DNA of 64,000 nucleotides, taken from contig CAVSGI010000020.1 in NCBI GenBank assembly GCA_963727445.1, forward strand, positions 789,396 to 853,395, read 5' to 3'. The notes beneath the pieces are model-generated. The model did not search any database. It worked only from the letters and a program-made list of their open reading frames with translations, and was not told where the DNA came from. The position numbers and the translations under genes are program-made. Shown in pieces: positions 45,115 to 55,803 of the stretch (the stretch's first letter is position 1; each line of letters starts with the position of its first letter). This DNA comes from an uncultured delta proteobacterium. GTDB taxonomy: Bacteria; Myxococcota_A; Polyangia; Polyangiales; B10-G4.

Positions 45115-48100
45115 ATGGCGACCGAGCCTGCGCGCGACCCGCTCGAGGGGCACGGCGGCGCGCCGATCCGCTTCGCGATCCGGCGCCCGGTGACCATCTC
45201 GGTCTTCGTCACGGTGGTGGTGCTCTTCGGCGATCCTCTCGGTCCGGAACCTGCCGATTCAGCTCACCCCCGACGTGTCGATCCCGACGCTCACCGTGAG
45301 CACCGCCTGGCCCGGCGCCGCGCCCACCGAGGTGGAGGCCGAGATCCTCCTCGAACAGGAAGAAGCGCTCAAGGGTATCGACGGGCTCGAACGGATGGAG
45401 TCGACCGCCAGCTCCGACCAGGGGCGCATCCGCCTCGAGTTCTCGGTGGAGACGGATATCGAAGAGGCGCTGGTGAGGGTGACGAATCGCCTGAGCCAGG
45501 TCTCCGGTTATCCCGAGGCCGCGCGCGAGCCGGTGGTCGCGACCTCCGACAGCACCGGTCCGCCCCTGGCGGTGATCGCGGTGCGAAGCCCCACCGGCGA
45601 CGATCCCGCCCCTTACCGAACCTGGGTGGACGACACCATCCTGCCGCAGCTCGAGCGCATCCCCGGCGTCTCCGACGTCCGTTTGATCGGCGGGCGCGCG
45701 CGGGAGATCCACGTCGACTTCGACCCGGTGGCCCTCGCCGCGCGCGGTCTGACCCTCGCGGACGTGGCCCGCCGCACGAGCGGCGAGCTTCGCGACGTCT
45801 CCGGCGGTGACCTCACCCTCGGCAAGCGCCGCTATCTGGTCCGCACGCCCATCTCCCCGTCCAACCCCGACGAGCTCGAGCAGATGGTGCTCGGCGCGGA
45901 CGCGGAGGGCACGCCGATCCTCCTCGGCGACGTGGCCGACGTGCGCATGGGGCTGCGCAAGGCCACGGGCCTCGCCTTCAGCGACGACCGGCCTTCGATG
46001 GTCCTGCTCCTGTCGCGCGAGGCGGGCACCAACGTCCTCGAGGTGACGCGGGACCTGCGCGCCGCCGTCGACCGCCTCCAGCGGGACTACTTCGCGCCCG
46101 AAGGTCTCGAGATCGAAGTGCTCTCGGATCAGGTCGACTACATCGAGGGCTCCCTCGCGCTGGTCGAGCAGAACCTCCTCCTGGGCGCATGCCTGGCGGT
46201 GGTGGTGCTGATGCTCTTCCTCCGGAGCTTCGGCGCCTCGGCCATCATCAGCCTCTCCATCCCCTTCTGTGTCTTCGGGACGGCCCTCGGGATGAGCCTC
46301 CTCGGCCGCACGGTGAACGTGGTGTCCCTCGCAGGCGTCACCTTCGCGGTCGGCATGGTGCTCGACAACTCCATCGTCGCCCTCGAGAACATCGACACCT
46401 GGAGAGCGAAGGCGAAGTCCGCCGACGAAGCGGCCTTCTTCGGCGTGAAAGAGGTGTGGGGAGCGCTCCTGGCTTCCACGCTCACCACCGCGGTGGTCTT
46501 CGTGCCCATCATCCTGTGGGAGGGTGAGGTCGGGCAGCTGCTTCGCGACGTGGCGATCGCCATGTGCCTCGCCGTCGGCTCGAGCCTGGTGGTCTCGGTC
46601 CTGGTGATCCCCAGCCTCTCGGCGAAGTTCCTCGCCACGCGCGACCCGTCGAAGGAGCGGCACGGTCCACTCGCGCGCCTCGGACAGCGCTTTCGCGCGA
46701 GCGTCCGCCGCCACGCGCGGTGGCTCTCGACGGGAACACTGCGTCCTCTGACAGTGACGATCCTCGCGGTGGTGCTCTCCCTCGGCACGGCCTTTGCGCT
46801 GCTGCCGCCCCTCGAGTACCTGCCCACTGGCAACCGCAACCTCATCTTCGCGATCATCGTTCCTCCGCCCGGCTACTCGGTCGACGAGCTGAAGCAGATC
46901 GGCGCCGCGAACCAGGCGGAGATGACGCGCCACGCTGGGCGCGAGGTGGACGGCGTCCCCTCCATCCACCGCAGCTTCTTCGTCGGTGGCCCAGACCGCA
47001 TCTTCGCCGGCGCGGTGGCCTCGGAGCCGGAGGGCATCGAGGGGATCCTCGGATATCTGCGACGCCTTCACGGATCGATCCCCGGAATGATCGCCTTCGC
47101 GACCCAGGCGTCGCTCTTCGGGCGCGACATCGGCGGCGGGCGGGCCATCGAGCTGGAGATCGGCGGTGGGGATCCGGCGACCCTCACGGAGACGGGGCGG
47201 GCGCTCATGGGCCTCACCCAGGAGGCGCTGCCCGATGCGCAGGTGCGTCCGGTGCCGAGCCTCGATTCCGGGGCGCCCGAGATCCACACCGTCCCGCGGC
47301 GCGACGAGGCCGCCGCCCTCGGCATGCCCGCGGCGGACGTGGGGCTGGTGGTCGACGCCCTCGTCGACGGAGCGATCGTGGGGGAGCTGGGCCGCGAGGG
47401 GCAGCCGCGGGTCGACGTGGTCCTGCGGGCGGCGCGGGGCGAGGACGAGCTCGTGAGCACGCCGGCCGAGCTGGCGAGCGCGCCGGTGGCCACGCCCGCG
47501 GGCCGGGTGGTTCCCCTCGCGCAGCTCGCCGACATCATCGAGACCATCGGCCCCACCAGCATCCAGCGCATCGAGCGCCGTCGCGCCATCTCGCTGCTCA
47601 TCGCGCCCTCGGAGGCGATCCCCCTCGAAGTCGCCATCGCGCGCGTCCGCAAGGACGTGATCCAGCGCGCGGAAGACGAAGGTCTCTTGCCCGCCGGGAT
47701 CGATCTCAAGATCAGCGGGACCGCAGGCAAGCTCGAGGTCGCCAAGGAGCAGTTCGCCGGCGTCCTGGCCCTCGCGGTGCTCATCACCTTCCTTCTCCTG
47801 TCCGCGCTCTTCGAGGACTTCCTCGCGCCGGTCGCGGTGATGGTCACTGTTCCCCTCGCCGCCGCCGGGGGGGTCGCCGGGCTTCGTCTGGTCGACTCGT
47901 TTCTCTCGGAGCAGTCGCTGGACCTGATGACCGCTCTCGGCTTTCTGATCCTGATCGGCGTCGTCGTGAACAACGCCATCCTCATCGTGGACGGCGCCCT
48001 CGCGCGGCTGAGAGAGGGCGAAGCGCTGGACGACGCGGTGCCCGCCGCCGTGGAGTCCCGGGTGCGCCCGATCTTCATGAGCACCCTGACCTCCCTCGCA

Positions 48101-48307
48101 GGCCTCTTCCCGATGGTGGTCTTCTCCGGCGCCGGCTCCGAGCTCTACCGGGGCGTCGGCGCGATCGTCCTCGGCGGCCTCGCGCTCTCCTCGGTGCTGA
48201 CGCTCTACGTCGTTCCGAGCCTCTTCACTCTCTTGTGGCGTTTGAGGAGCGCATTCAGTAGAGCACGGGGGAAGGTCCCCCTTGTCGACGACGCCCCCGC
48301 CGAGTGA
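45115..48307 (+). CDS. RND efflux permease, AcrB/CusA superfamily (frameshift at ~45231)
   Basis: FAIRRPV, LPIQLTPDV, GMVLDNSIVALENI, GVVVNNAILIVD, RVRPIFMS. Confidence 0.93.
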
Positions 48308-48335
48308 CCGCCCGCCGAAGGAGTCGGAGGCGCCC

Positions 48336-49907
48336 ATGGCCGACGCCGTGGTGGCGGCGAAGCTCCTGCGCCGCACGGCGCGCGGTCTGGTGCGCAAGAA
48401 CGCCTTCCTCGATCTCCGGGCCTACGACGGCCCCATGCCGAACGCGGCCTTCTCCGCGATCATCACGGTGCTGCTCGCCCTTCGCCTCTACAGCCTCGCG
48501 TGCATGGTGCTCGCCTGGGACGGCGCCTATCTCGATCCGAGCACCTGGGCCACCGGCGAGCCCATCGTCACCGAGCTCGTCACTCCATTCCACGGCCATC
48601 AAAACCCTTTCGGTGGTGTCTTCCAGGTCTTCGTCGGGCTCCACAACCTGACCGGGCTCGCGCTCTTCGCGGTCTGCCTGGTGCCGCTCGTCGTCAAGAA
48701 AGGCGGCCGCGTACACAAGGCCTTCGGGCGCGCCTTCGTCGTCCTGTGGCTCTTCCATCTCATCGACGGTCTCGCCAACAGCGGCACCATCCTCATCGCC
48801 CGCGGCTTCGACCCCACCCGCTACTACGACGTCACGGGCCAGGGCTTCTCACTCTATCTCTACATCCAGTTCGCCTTCATCTCGTCGATGGTGATCGACT
48901 TCCTGGCGAACGGCCTCGCCGCCATCCACTACAAGAACCGCGCACCTTCCCCGGCGATGCGCGCGGTGATGCTCTTCTTGCCGATCACCAGCGCCCTCTT
49001 CGGCGTCGGCATCGCGATCTGGGGCGCGCTCCGGCTCGCGAGCAGCGTACCTCCAGAGACGCCCAACACCATCCCCTTCGCCGTGATCTTCGTGGTGCAG
49101 GTGCCCGTCTACCTCTACCTGCTCTACCGCAACATCCGATACTGGGCGCGCCCCACGCCGCAAGCGTGGCTCCACGGCTGGACGATGGAGCACCAGCGCA
49201 ACCTGATGTTCTGCGTGCAGGTCACGCTCTATACCGGCATCGCCAACGTGGGCGATCGCTTCGCGCCGATCGTCACGCCCTTCCTCTTCGGGCTCATCGA
49301 CATCGGCTTCATCGTGTGGATCCTGACCAAGGAGCGCTCGCTCAAGCGGCACGTCGCCAGGTCGCGCCTGGGCCTGGCGTTGGTCTCGGCGCTGCACGGC
49401 GAAGAGAGCCCCGAGCGCGCCGCCGAGCTCACGAAGGGCGAAGAGGCCTGGATCAAGAAGCTCTTCGACCTCGACGACGATGGAAAGGTCGATGTCGCCG
49501 ACGTCCGTGCGCTCCTCGAATCGCAGGGAGTCGCGCCCACCGCGGACGAGATCGCGCGCCTCGAGAGCCAGCTCGATCATGACGGCGACGGCCGGATCGA
49601 CAGCGCGGAGCTCGCCCATTTCCTCGCGGCGTGGTTCACGGGTGCACCGAGTAGCGAGGACGAGATCCGCCTCGCATTTCGCACCCTCGACACGGACGGT
49701 GATGGGCGCATCAGCGCCGGGGACCTCTCGCGCACCCTCCAGGAAGGCGACGAGCCGCTCAGCGACGACGAGATCGCCTGGCTCATGCGGCTCACCGATC
49801 TCGACGGCAGCGGCGCCATCGAGTGGGAGGAATTCCTCCGCGCCATCCACATGCGGGCCGATCGGGATCAGGGCGCGTACCTCGCGCGCGAAACGATGAT
49901 CGGCTGA
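48336..49907 (+). CDS. DUF2306-like polytopic membrane protein fused to a four-EF-hand calmodulin-like domain
   Basis: GGAGG RBS; KKGGRVHKAFGR; EF loops DLDDDGKVDVAD, DHDGDGRIDSAE, DTDGDGRISAGD and DLDGSGAIEWEE. Confidence 0.85.
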   Translation: MADAVVAAKLLRRTARGLVRKNAFLDLRAYDGPMPNAAFSAIITVLLALRLYSLACMVLAWDGAYLDPSTWATGEPIVTELVTPFHGHQNPFGGVFQVFVGLHNLTGLALFAVCLVPLVVKKGGRVHKAFGRAFVVLWLFHLIDGLANSGTILIARGFDPTRYYDVTGQGFSLYLYIQFAFISSMVIDFLANGLAAIHYKNRAPSPAMRAVMLFLPITSALFGVGIAIWGALRLASSVPPETPNTIPFAVIFVVQVPVYLYLLYRNIRYWARPTPQAWLHGWTMEHQRNLMFCVQVTLYTGIANVGDRFAPIVTPFLFGLIDIGFIVWILTKERSLKRHVARSRLGLALVSALHGEESPERAAELTKGEEAWIKKLFDLDDDGKVDVADVRALLESQGVAPTADEIARLESQLDHDGDGRIDSAELAHFLAAWFTGAPSSEDEIRLAFRTLDTDGDGRISAGDLSRTLQEGDEPLSDDEIAWLMRLTDLDGSGAIEWEEFLRAIHMRADRDQGAYLARETMIG

Positions 49908-49913
49908 CGGCGC

Positions 49914-50315
49914 TCAGACGATCTGCAGAAGGACGCCGAAGGCGCCGAGGATCGCGCCGCCGATGGTGATCCACAAGACGTGGTGATCCGCGGTGGGGCG
50001 CTCCGCCGGGGGCGGATACTCCGTCGCGGCGACAACCATCTTGGCGACGTCCGAGCGGTGGATACCGCTCGGCATCGTTCGGCGCGCGGCCAGCTCGCAT
50101 TCGACCACCCCGCGGATCAACGCCGCCGCCTCCTCGGGGTCATCCACCGCGCCCCGGGCAGCGAGTCGGGTGGCGAGGCTCACGGCGGCGTCGAGAGCCT
50201 CGACGCGGTCGAGCTCCACCGCCGCGTTGGCGATCAATGCGTTGCGTGTCGCTTCGTCGATCCCCAGGGCCTCGAGCCGCGCACTGAGGTCGAGGTCGGT
50301 TGCGTCGTGTTCCAT
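49914..50315 (-). CDS. Hypothetical protein with C-terminal membrane anchor
   Basis: ORF with TM tail VLWITIGGAILGAFGVLLQIV, just downstream of a sigma54 promoter. Confidence 0.6.
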   Translation of the reverse strand: MEHDATDLDLSARLEALGIDEATRNALIANAAVELDRVEALDAAVSLATRLAARGAVDDPEEAAALIRGVVECELAARRTMPSGIHRSDVAKMVVAATEYPPPAERPTADHHVLWITIGGAILGAFGVLLQIV

Positions 50316-50328
50316 GCCACCGACCATC

Positions 50329-50343
50329 GCAAGGCTGGTGCCA
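50329..50343 (-). promoter_or_regulatory. Sigma54 (-24/-12) promoter
   Basis: Minus strand TGGCACCAGCCTTGC, a perfect TGGCAC-N5-TTGC match. Confidence 0.75.
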
Positions 50344-50449
50344 CGTCAGACCCCGGAGAATCGCGGGACAATTCGGCACCACACCCCTGGACCAGCTGGA
50401 CCACCTGGACCGCGCCCACCCCTGCCCGTGCCCGAACCCCGCTGCCCGC

Positions 50450-51480
50450 CTAGACCTCCCCCCGCGACACCAAGGCCCAGCCGATCATCCGATACAGCAC
50501 GCGCGCGCCCACGTTGGCGTCCCACTCGTCACCGTCGGGGCCGGGCGCCACCTCGTTCAAATCGAAGCCCACGATCCGCCGGCCGCTCCGGGCGACGGCT
50601 TCGAGGAGCATCGAAGAGCTGGACAAAGGAGAGGCCGCCGGGCACGGGGGTGCCGGTGTGCGGGCAGAGCGAGGGGTCGAGCCCGTCGATGTCGATGGAG
50701 AGGTAGACCTCGTCCGGCAGGTCCCGGACGATCGCCGCGCACTGCGCCGCCCAGGTCTCGCCGCTGAGGCGCCGCTCGGCCGAGGGTGGTGTCGTGGTGG
50801 GTGATGATGCGGCCGCCGGAGCGGCGGGCCCGCGTCATCTCCTCGTCGCAGAGATCGCGGACGCCCACCTGCACCAGCCGGGCGACGCCCTCGAGGCGCG
50901 CCATCACGTTGTGCATGATCGACGCGTGGGACCAGGTGAAGCCTTCGAAGGCCGCACGCAGATCCGCGTGGGCGTCGACGTGGAGGATGCCCACGCCCGG
51001 ATGCCGCTGGGCGATCGCCTCGATGAGGCCGAAGGGGCTCGCGTGATCGCCGCCCACCACCCCGACCAGGCGACCCTGATCGAGCCACTCGTCGGCGCGC
51101 GCACGCACCCACTGGTTGAGCTCGCCACAGAGTCGGTTGACCTGGTCGAGCTCGGGGCTGTCCTCCGCGCCGCCGGCGGCGATGATCGGCGCGGCCAGGG
51201 CGCGCCCGCGCGCGTTGTCGGCCACGATCTCGGGATCCTCCTCGAGCATCGCGATCCCCACTCGGTAGGGGCGTCCGGTCTCGGTGTCGTAGAGGTCGAT
51301 CTGATGCGACGCTCGGACGATCGCGGCGGGACCTTTCGAGGTCCCGGGGCGATAGGAGGTGGTCACGTCCCAAGGGACGGGGATGAGGACCACGTGGCAT
51401 TCATCGACGGGGAAGGGCAGGCCGAAGATCCCCCCCTCCGGTGAGGCCGCAGCGCTCTCGTCGAGCTCGTGAAGCTTCAT
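50450..51480 (-). CDS. speB: Agmatinase/ureohydrolase (frameshifts at ~50780 and ~50613)
   Basis: PWDVTTSY, GGDH, HVDAHAD, QVGVRD, SIDIDGLDP...TGTPVPGG, GFDLNEV, spread over three frames. Confidence 0.85.
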
Positions 51481-51543
51481 CGACGCCGAGATAGCACGGC
51501 GCCCGATCGGTCACCATTCGAAGCGAGGGGTGACCGGTCGCCT

Positions 51544-51819
51544 TCAGCCCGCGAGGCCGGCAGCCTGGCAGGCGTGGGTGAGCGAGAGGTGACTCGGCAT
51601 CACGTCGAAGTAGCCGGTCCGCGCGGCGAGCTCGCGGGCCACGTTGGTGACGGCGCGGGGGGTCGGAATCCGCCCGGCGTTGCGGGCGCGGGCCACACGG
51701 TAGGCGGCGATCGCCAGGTCGCCGCTCTCTTCCACCAGGCGGGACATCCCATCACGCGTTTGCTCGAGGCTGTCGAGCCACTTCATCGGATCCGTCGTCT
51801 CGGTCGTCTGGCTGCTCAT
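51544..51819 (-). CDS. Small hypothetical protein (91 aa)
   Basis: GGGAGG RBS, GC3-rich codons, upstream sigma54-like promoter. Confidence 0.7.
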   Translation of the reverse strand: MSSQTTETTDPMKWLDSLEQTRDGMSRLVEESGDLAIAAYRVARARNAGRIPTPRAVTNVARELAARTGYFDVMPSHLSLTHACQAAGLAG

Positions 51820-51870
51820 GGTCGGCCTCCCATTGGGAACGAAGCTCCAGTAAGTACGTCTCGATCGAGA

Positions 51871-51884
51871 GCAAGTCCCATGCC
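51871..51884 (-). promoter_or_regulatory. Sigma54 (-24/-12) promoter
   Basis: Minus strand GGCATGGGACTTGC(T), GG-N10-GC. Confidence 0.6.
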
Positions 51885-52053
51885 CAAGGTGAATGACGAA
51901 AAGGCGTGTGTTGTCGATCCGGCCAAGGATCTCCTTCGGTGCCTCGGTGGCACCCCTCGTGGCCGTGTATCGTGGTTGATCTGCGTGGAGATCGCGTGAC
52001 GACGCCGATCCATTCATGCTGCGAAAGGGACGATGGAGATAGGATCGCCACCC

Positions 52054-53076
52054 ATGGACGAGACGGCGCGTCTGCTCGCGGAGTCTCTGTCGGGACCGTC
52101 GGAGGCGATCGCCTCGGTCCAGGCGATCGCCCGAGCGATCGCCCCCGACGCGCACGATCTCGAAGCGTCCGTGCGGATCGATGCCAAGGGGGTGGTGCGG
52201 GGCGGTCGCATGATGCTGGAGCGCGCGCGGGCGGCCACCGGAGAGGCGATCGCCGCGGGGCTGGGGCTGCCCTGGACCGACGAGGCCCGCGCCCTCACGG
52301 CGTGCTGCGCGTCGCTCGGGCTGCCCCTCATCGTCGGCTGGGACGTCAGCGGCGCGGCGCCGCTCTACAAGCTCTACGCAAACGCCTCGGATGCCTCGGC
52401 GGCGCAGAGGGAAACGCTCCACGCGCGTCTGGGGATCGCCGGCGCGCCCCTGCGCGGTCAGATCTTGGGGCTGAACGTGGGCGAAGCGTCGGCGATCAAG
52501 CTCTACGTCCAGCGGCCGACCGCCGCTGAGCTTCCCGAAGGAGCGCCCATGCCCGCGGCCCTGCGCGACGCGGTCGGGGCGGCCTGGGTCGCGTCCTTCG
52601 ACGTCGCTGGCGCCGAGGTCACGCCACGGGCGATCTTCGTGGCCACTTTGCACGACCAGGAGCGCTCCGTGCTCGAGGCGCTCGAAGCGCTCTCGGGGCG
52701 GCGCTGGCCCGAGCTTCGCCCCGCCTTCCCCTTCGAGCCGGGCCCGCTGAGGCAGCTGGGTTGGTCGACGGAGGGGAGCGTCACCGCCTACGCCAAGCGT
52801 CGCGGTGCAGCGGCGCCGGTTCATGCCCTCGCCCCGATGGCGATCTTCCGCCGCGGCGAAGTGGAGGTGGGTCTCTACGTGACGCCGAGCGTCGACACCC
52901 CGCGCGCGTTCCTCCGCACTGCTGCGCAGGCTCTGACCTTTCGGACGCGTCAGGGCACGCCCGAGGAGGCGTCGCTCGAGGCGCTCGGGCGCTGGGCCGC
53001 GGCGCGGCTCGAGGCCGAGGAGCCGCTCGACGCGCCCCCGGCGGGTTGGACGCGCATCGAGGACGCGAACGGTTGA
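52054..53076 (+). CDS. Hypothetical protein, ABBA prenyltransferase-like barrel with C-terminal module
   Basis: Repeated motifs IVGWD...YKLY, ILGLN...IKLY, VASFD...RAIF and QLGWS...TAY. Confidence 0.55.
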   Translation: MDETARLLAESLSGPSEAIASVQAIARAIAPDAHDLEASVRIDAKGVVRGGRMMLERARAATGEAIAAGLGLPWTDEARALTACCASLGLPLIVGWDVSGAAPLYKLYANASDASAAQRETLHARLGIAGAPLRGQILGLNVGEASAIKLYVQRPTAAELPEGAPMPAALRDAVGAAWVASFDVAGAEVTPRAIFVATLHDQERSVLEALEALSGRRWPELRPAFPFEPGPLRQLGWSTEGSVTAYAKRRGAAAPVHALAPMAIFRRGEVEVGLYVTPSVDTPRAFLRTAAQALTFRTRQGTPEEASLEALGRWAAARLEAEEPLDAPPAGWTRIEDANG

Positions 53077-53454
53077 TCAGAGCCGGCTGGTGACCACGGC
53101 CGGGATCTTCGAGAGCGTGCCCGCCCGATCGATACAGACCATCTCAATCCGGCCTTCCACCAGGAGCTCGTCCTTGCGGTGAACGTTCTGGGCGAAGACC
53201 AGGCGGTAGTCGCTCTCCTTGTCGACGGTGGTGCGGATCTCGATGGTGTCGCCGAAGACGGCGCCCTTGAGGAAGGTGAGCTCGGCCTTGTAGACGACGA
53301 AGCCAATCCCGTCCTCGTTCAGCAGCCGAACCAGCTCCTCGACGCCGAGGAGATGCTCGCGCGCCCGCTCGAAGTACTTGAGGTAATTCGCGTGGTAGAC
53401 GAGGCCCGAGTGGTCCGTGTCTTCGTAGTAGATCTGAACCAGGTGCTTGAACAC
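53077..53454 (-). CDS. YbgC/FadM-family acyl-CoA thioesterase (hot-dog fold)
   Basis: IYYEDTDHSGLVYHANYLKYFERARE. Confidence 0.92.
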   Translation of the reverse strand: MFKHLVQIYYEDTDHSGLVYHANYLKYFERAREHLLGVEELVRLLNEDGIGFVVYKAELTFLKGAVFGDTIEIRTTVDKESDYRLVFAQNVHRKDELLVEGRIEMVCIDRAGTLSKIPAVVTSRL

Positions 53455-53498
53455 CGGCGGAGGCTACCTGCGCCGATGGCTCCTCCGCCACCGAAGAC

Positions 53499-54881
53499 TC
53501 ACTCGCCGTCGCGGTGCCTCAGCTCTTCGCGCAGCCGCTCCGACTCGCGCTCCCGGCGCATTTCGGCGCGCTCGCGCTCCCGGCGAAGGCGCTCCCCGCG
53601 CCGCAGCAGCTCCTGCGCGCGCCGGCAATCGGCGTCCTGTTGTGCCTGGGCCCGCATCTCGAGCCTCGCCGCGCGCTGTGCTTGACGCCGAAGCGCGGCG
53701 GCGCGCCGCCGCTCGTCCGCCTCCTGGCGCCTTTGCGTCTCGCGCAGCCTCGCGGCGCGGCGACGCTCCGCCGCGCGCCACCTCCGCTCTTCGGCGATGA
53801 GCGAGGCGGCGCGTCCCTGCTCCGACGCCGCGGCGCGCCGTCGGTCCGCCTCCGCTTCCCGTTCCAGCCGCTGGAGCTCGCGCAGCGCGAGGCGCTCGTC
53901 GTGGGAGAGCCTGGCGGCGCGCGCGCGCTCGCGCTGCTCCTGGCGCGTCGGTTCCCGCGCGAGCTCGCGGGCCCGCGCCGCTTCGAGCGCGGCCTGCCGC
54001 TCCTCGGCGCGCTGGAGCTGCTCCTCGGCGCGCTGCGCCTGCTCCTGCATCCGGCGCAGCGCGGCGGCGCGCTGCAGATCGGCGACGCGCGCGGCGGCCA
54101 CCGCGTCGGGGCTCGGCGTTCCGTAGTACCAGGGGTGGAGCGGAGGGCGATCGAGGCACTGGGGGCGGTCGCCGACGGAGCAGTAGATCCGCACGTGGAA
54201 GTGATCGTCGTGGCCCTCGCTGCCCCGCATCTGCTGGGTCACCAGGCCGATGCGGCGGATCTGATCCTCGCTCGCGCCGATGCTCTGGCCATAGGCGATG
54301 AGGCGATCGCGCAGGTGCGGCGCCAGGATGACGTACTGAGTCTCGGCCATCGGGTCGTCGGTGAAGGCGACGAGCAGGGCCCAGTTGCGCGCATCGTCGA
54401 ATCGGAAGTGCCGATCGCCGCGGCGCGCGCTCCCGTCACCGCGCACGCGGACGAAGAGCGCTCGAGGGATGGGCTCGCCGCGCTCGTCGAGCATGTAGTA
54501 GCCGACGTCGGCGTCGCGGCCGCTCTGATGCGATTCGTGCGGCGTCAGGTGGCCGCCGGTCTCGGAGGAGAGGTCGCCCACCGCGAGACGCGAGCCGGGC
54601 GCGCTCCGGGCGACGGCCGCGGCCGCGCGCCCCAGAAGGCCTACCAGCTCGCGCGTTCCGTAGCGGTTGGGGCGCACGGCGTCGATCACGTCGCTGTCGA
54701 CCACGGCGAAGGGGTTCTCGAGGCGGCCTTCGTCGGCGTGCCCGATGGAGAGGCTGTCGGCCGGGGCCTCGTAGATCTCGTCCTGGGAGCGAACCTGCTG
54801 CTCCTGAGCCCGCGCCACCGACGTGGCGCCGAGGGCCAGCGTCAGCGCGACGATCGGACGGGTCCTCACGGCCGTGATCAT
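53499..54881 (-). CDS. Penicillin-insensitive murein endopeptidase (MepA-like) with long charged coiled-coil tail
   Basis: Signal peptide, SIG...GRL, RYGT, GDLS, HESHQSGRDAD, HDDHFHVR; R/E/A-rich C-terminus. Confidence 0.88.
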   Translation of the reverse strand: MITAVRTRPIVALTLALGATSVARAQEQQVRSQDEIYEAPADSLSIGHADEGRLENPFAVVDSDVIDAVRPNRYGTRELVGLLGRAAAAVARSAPGSRLAVGDLSSETGGHLTPHESHQSGRDADVGYYMLDERGEPIPRALFVRVRGDGSARRGDRHFRFDDARNWALLVAFTDDPMAETQYVILAPHLRDRLIAYGQSIGASEDQIRRIGLVTQQMRGSEGHDDHFHVRIYCSVGDRPQCLDRPPLHPWYYGTPSPDAVAAARVADLQRAAALRRMQEQAQRAEEQLQRAEERQAALEAARARELAREPTRQEQRERARAARLSHDERLALRELQRLEREAEADRRRAAASEQGRAASLIAEERRWRAAERRRAARLRETQRRQEADERRRAAALRRQAQRAARLEMRAQAQQDADCRRAQELLRRGERLRRERERAEMRRERESERLREELRHRDGE

Positions 54882-54944
54882 GTCACATGGACGAGCGAAG
54901 CTCTGTTTCATTCCCTCTCGCCGCCATGAGCCGCCAAAGGCCGC

Positions 54945-55697
54945 TCATATCGCGAGCGAACGAAGCTCTTTGTAGCGCTCGAGGGTGCGGGCGACGAAGG
55001 CGACGGGGCCGCGCGCGAACCAGAGGTTGTGAGAGAGCGAGTGCCCTTCGGTGCGGACCCAATGCCACCAGAGCGCCGGCACGAAGAGCACGTCGCCGGG
55101 CGCGAGGCGGGCGACGTGGGGGACGGCGCGGGCGAAGCGCCGGTGAGCGGCGAGGTCCGGATCGTGCGCCGCGACGCGGCTCACGTGCGGCATCCGCGAC
55201 CATGGCGGGTGCGGGTACATGGCGCGCCGCTCGGACGGGGAATAGAGGGTCACGACCTTGTCGCCCTCGAGCTGCGCGAGGAGGTTGTGCGTCACCTCGT
55301 GATGCAGGGGCGTGATGGTGTCGGTCGGTGAGATCCAGATGCGGTCACGACGGAACGGATAGGCCGCGCCCGGGTCGATGGCGGGCAAGATCGCGTGCGC
55401 GCCGGGGAGGTGATCGTCGGGGCGGCAGGTCACCATGCCGCGCTCGTCGCCATCGAGGCTTTCGACGACGCGCGCGAGTCGCTCCTGTCGATAGGGGATG
55501 CCGCGCTCCGCGGAGTAGCTCACGACGCCGCGCACGATCGGCGCCACCGGGACCCGTGCGTCGGGGTATCGCTCGGCGAGCCCCGAGAGCGTGAGCCCGT
55601 CGAAATCGCGGAGGAGCCCTTCGACCACGGCGGGCCGGCGCTCCGCGACCACGCGAAAGAGCTCGCCTGCCCTGACTCTCGGGACCACGCGCGTCAT
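54945..55697 (-). CDS. JmjC/cupin_8 Fe(II)/2OG oxygenase
   Basis: IWI...TPLHHE, NLLAQLEGDK, LAPGDVLFVPALWWH. Confidence 0.92.
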   Translation of the reverse strand: MTRVVPRVRAGELFRVVAERRPAVVEGLLRDFDGLTLSGLAERYPDARVPVAPIVRGVVSYSAERGIPYRQERLARVVESLDGDERGMVTCRPDDHLPGAHAILPAIDPGAAYPFRRDRIWISPTDTITPLHHEVTHNLLAQLEGDKVVTLYSPSERRAMYPHPPWSRMPHVSRVAAHDPDLAAHRRFARAVPHVARLAPGDVLFVPALWWHWVRTEGHSLSHNLWFARGPVAFVARTLERYKELRSLAI

Positions 55698-55803
55698 GCG
55701 CGCGGAGTATTTCACGATGGGACCGCCCGTCGAGTTGGCCGTGGGGGCCGGGCTGGAGGCTCCCCGATGTTGGTGCGTGATAGAGTCGCCTCCGGAGGCG
55801 ACG

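Noticed and set aside
51544..51819. 91-aa ORF as the RiPP precursor for the rSAM/MNIO enzymes
   Set aside because: It looks like a small helical protein with one Cys, no leader/core pattern and no adjacency to those enzymes.
51820..52050. Riboswitch or ncRNA in the lower-GC intergenic region
   Set aside because: I recognised no conserved aptamer motif, and divergent promoters explain the region. An Rfam/Infernal scan would settle it.
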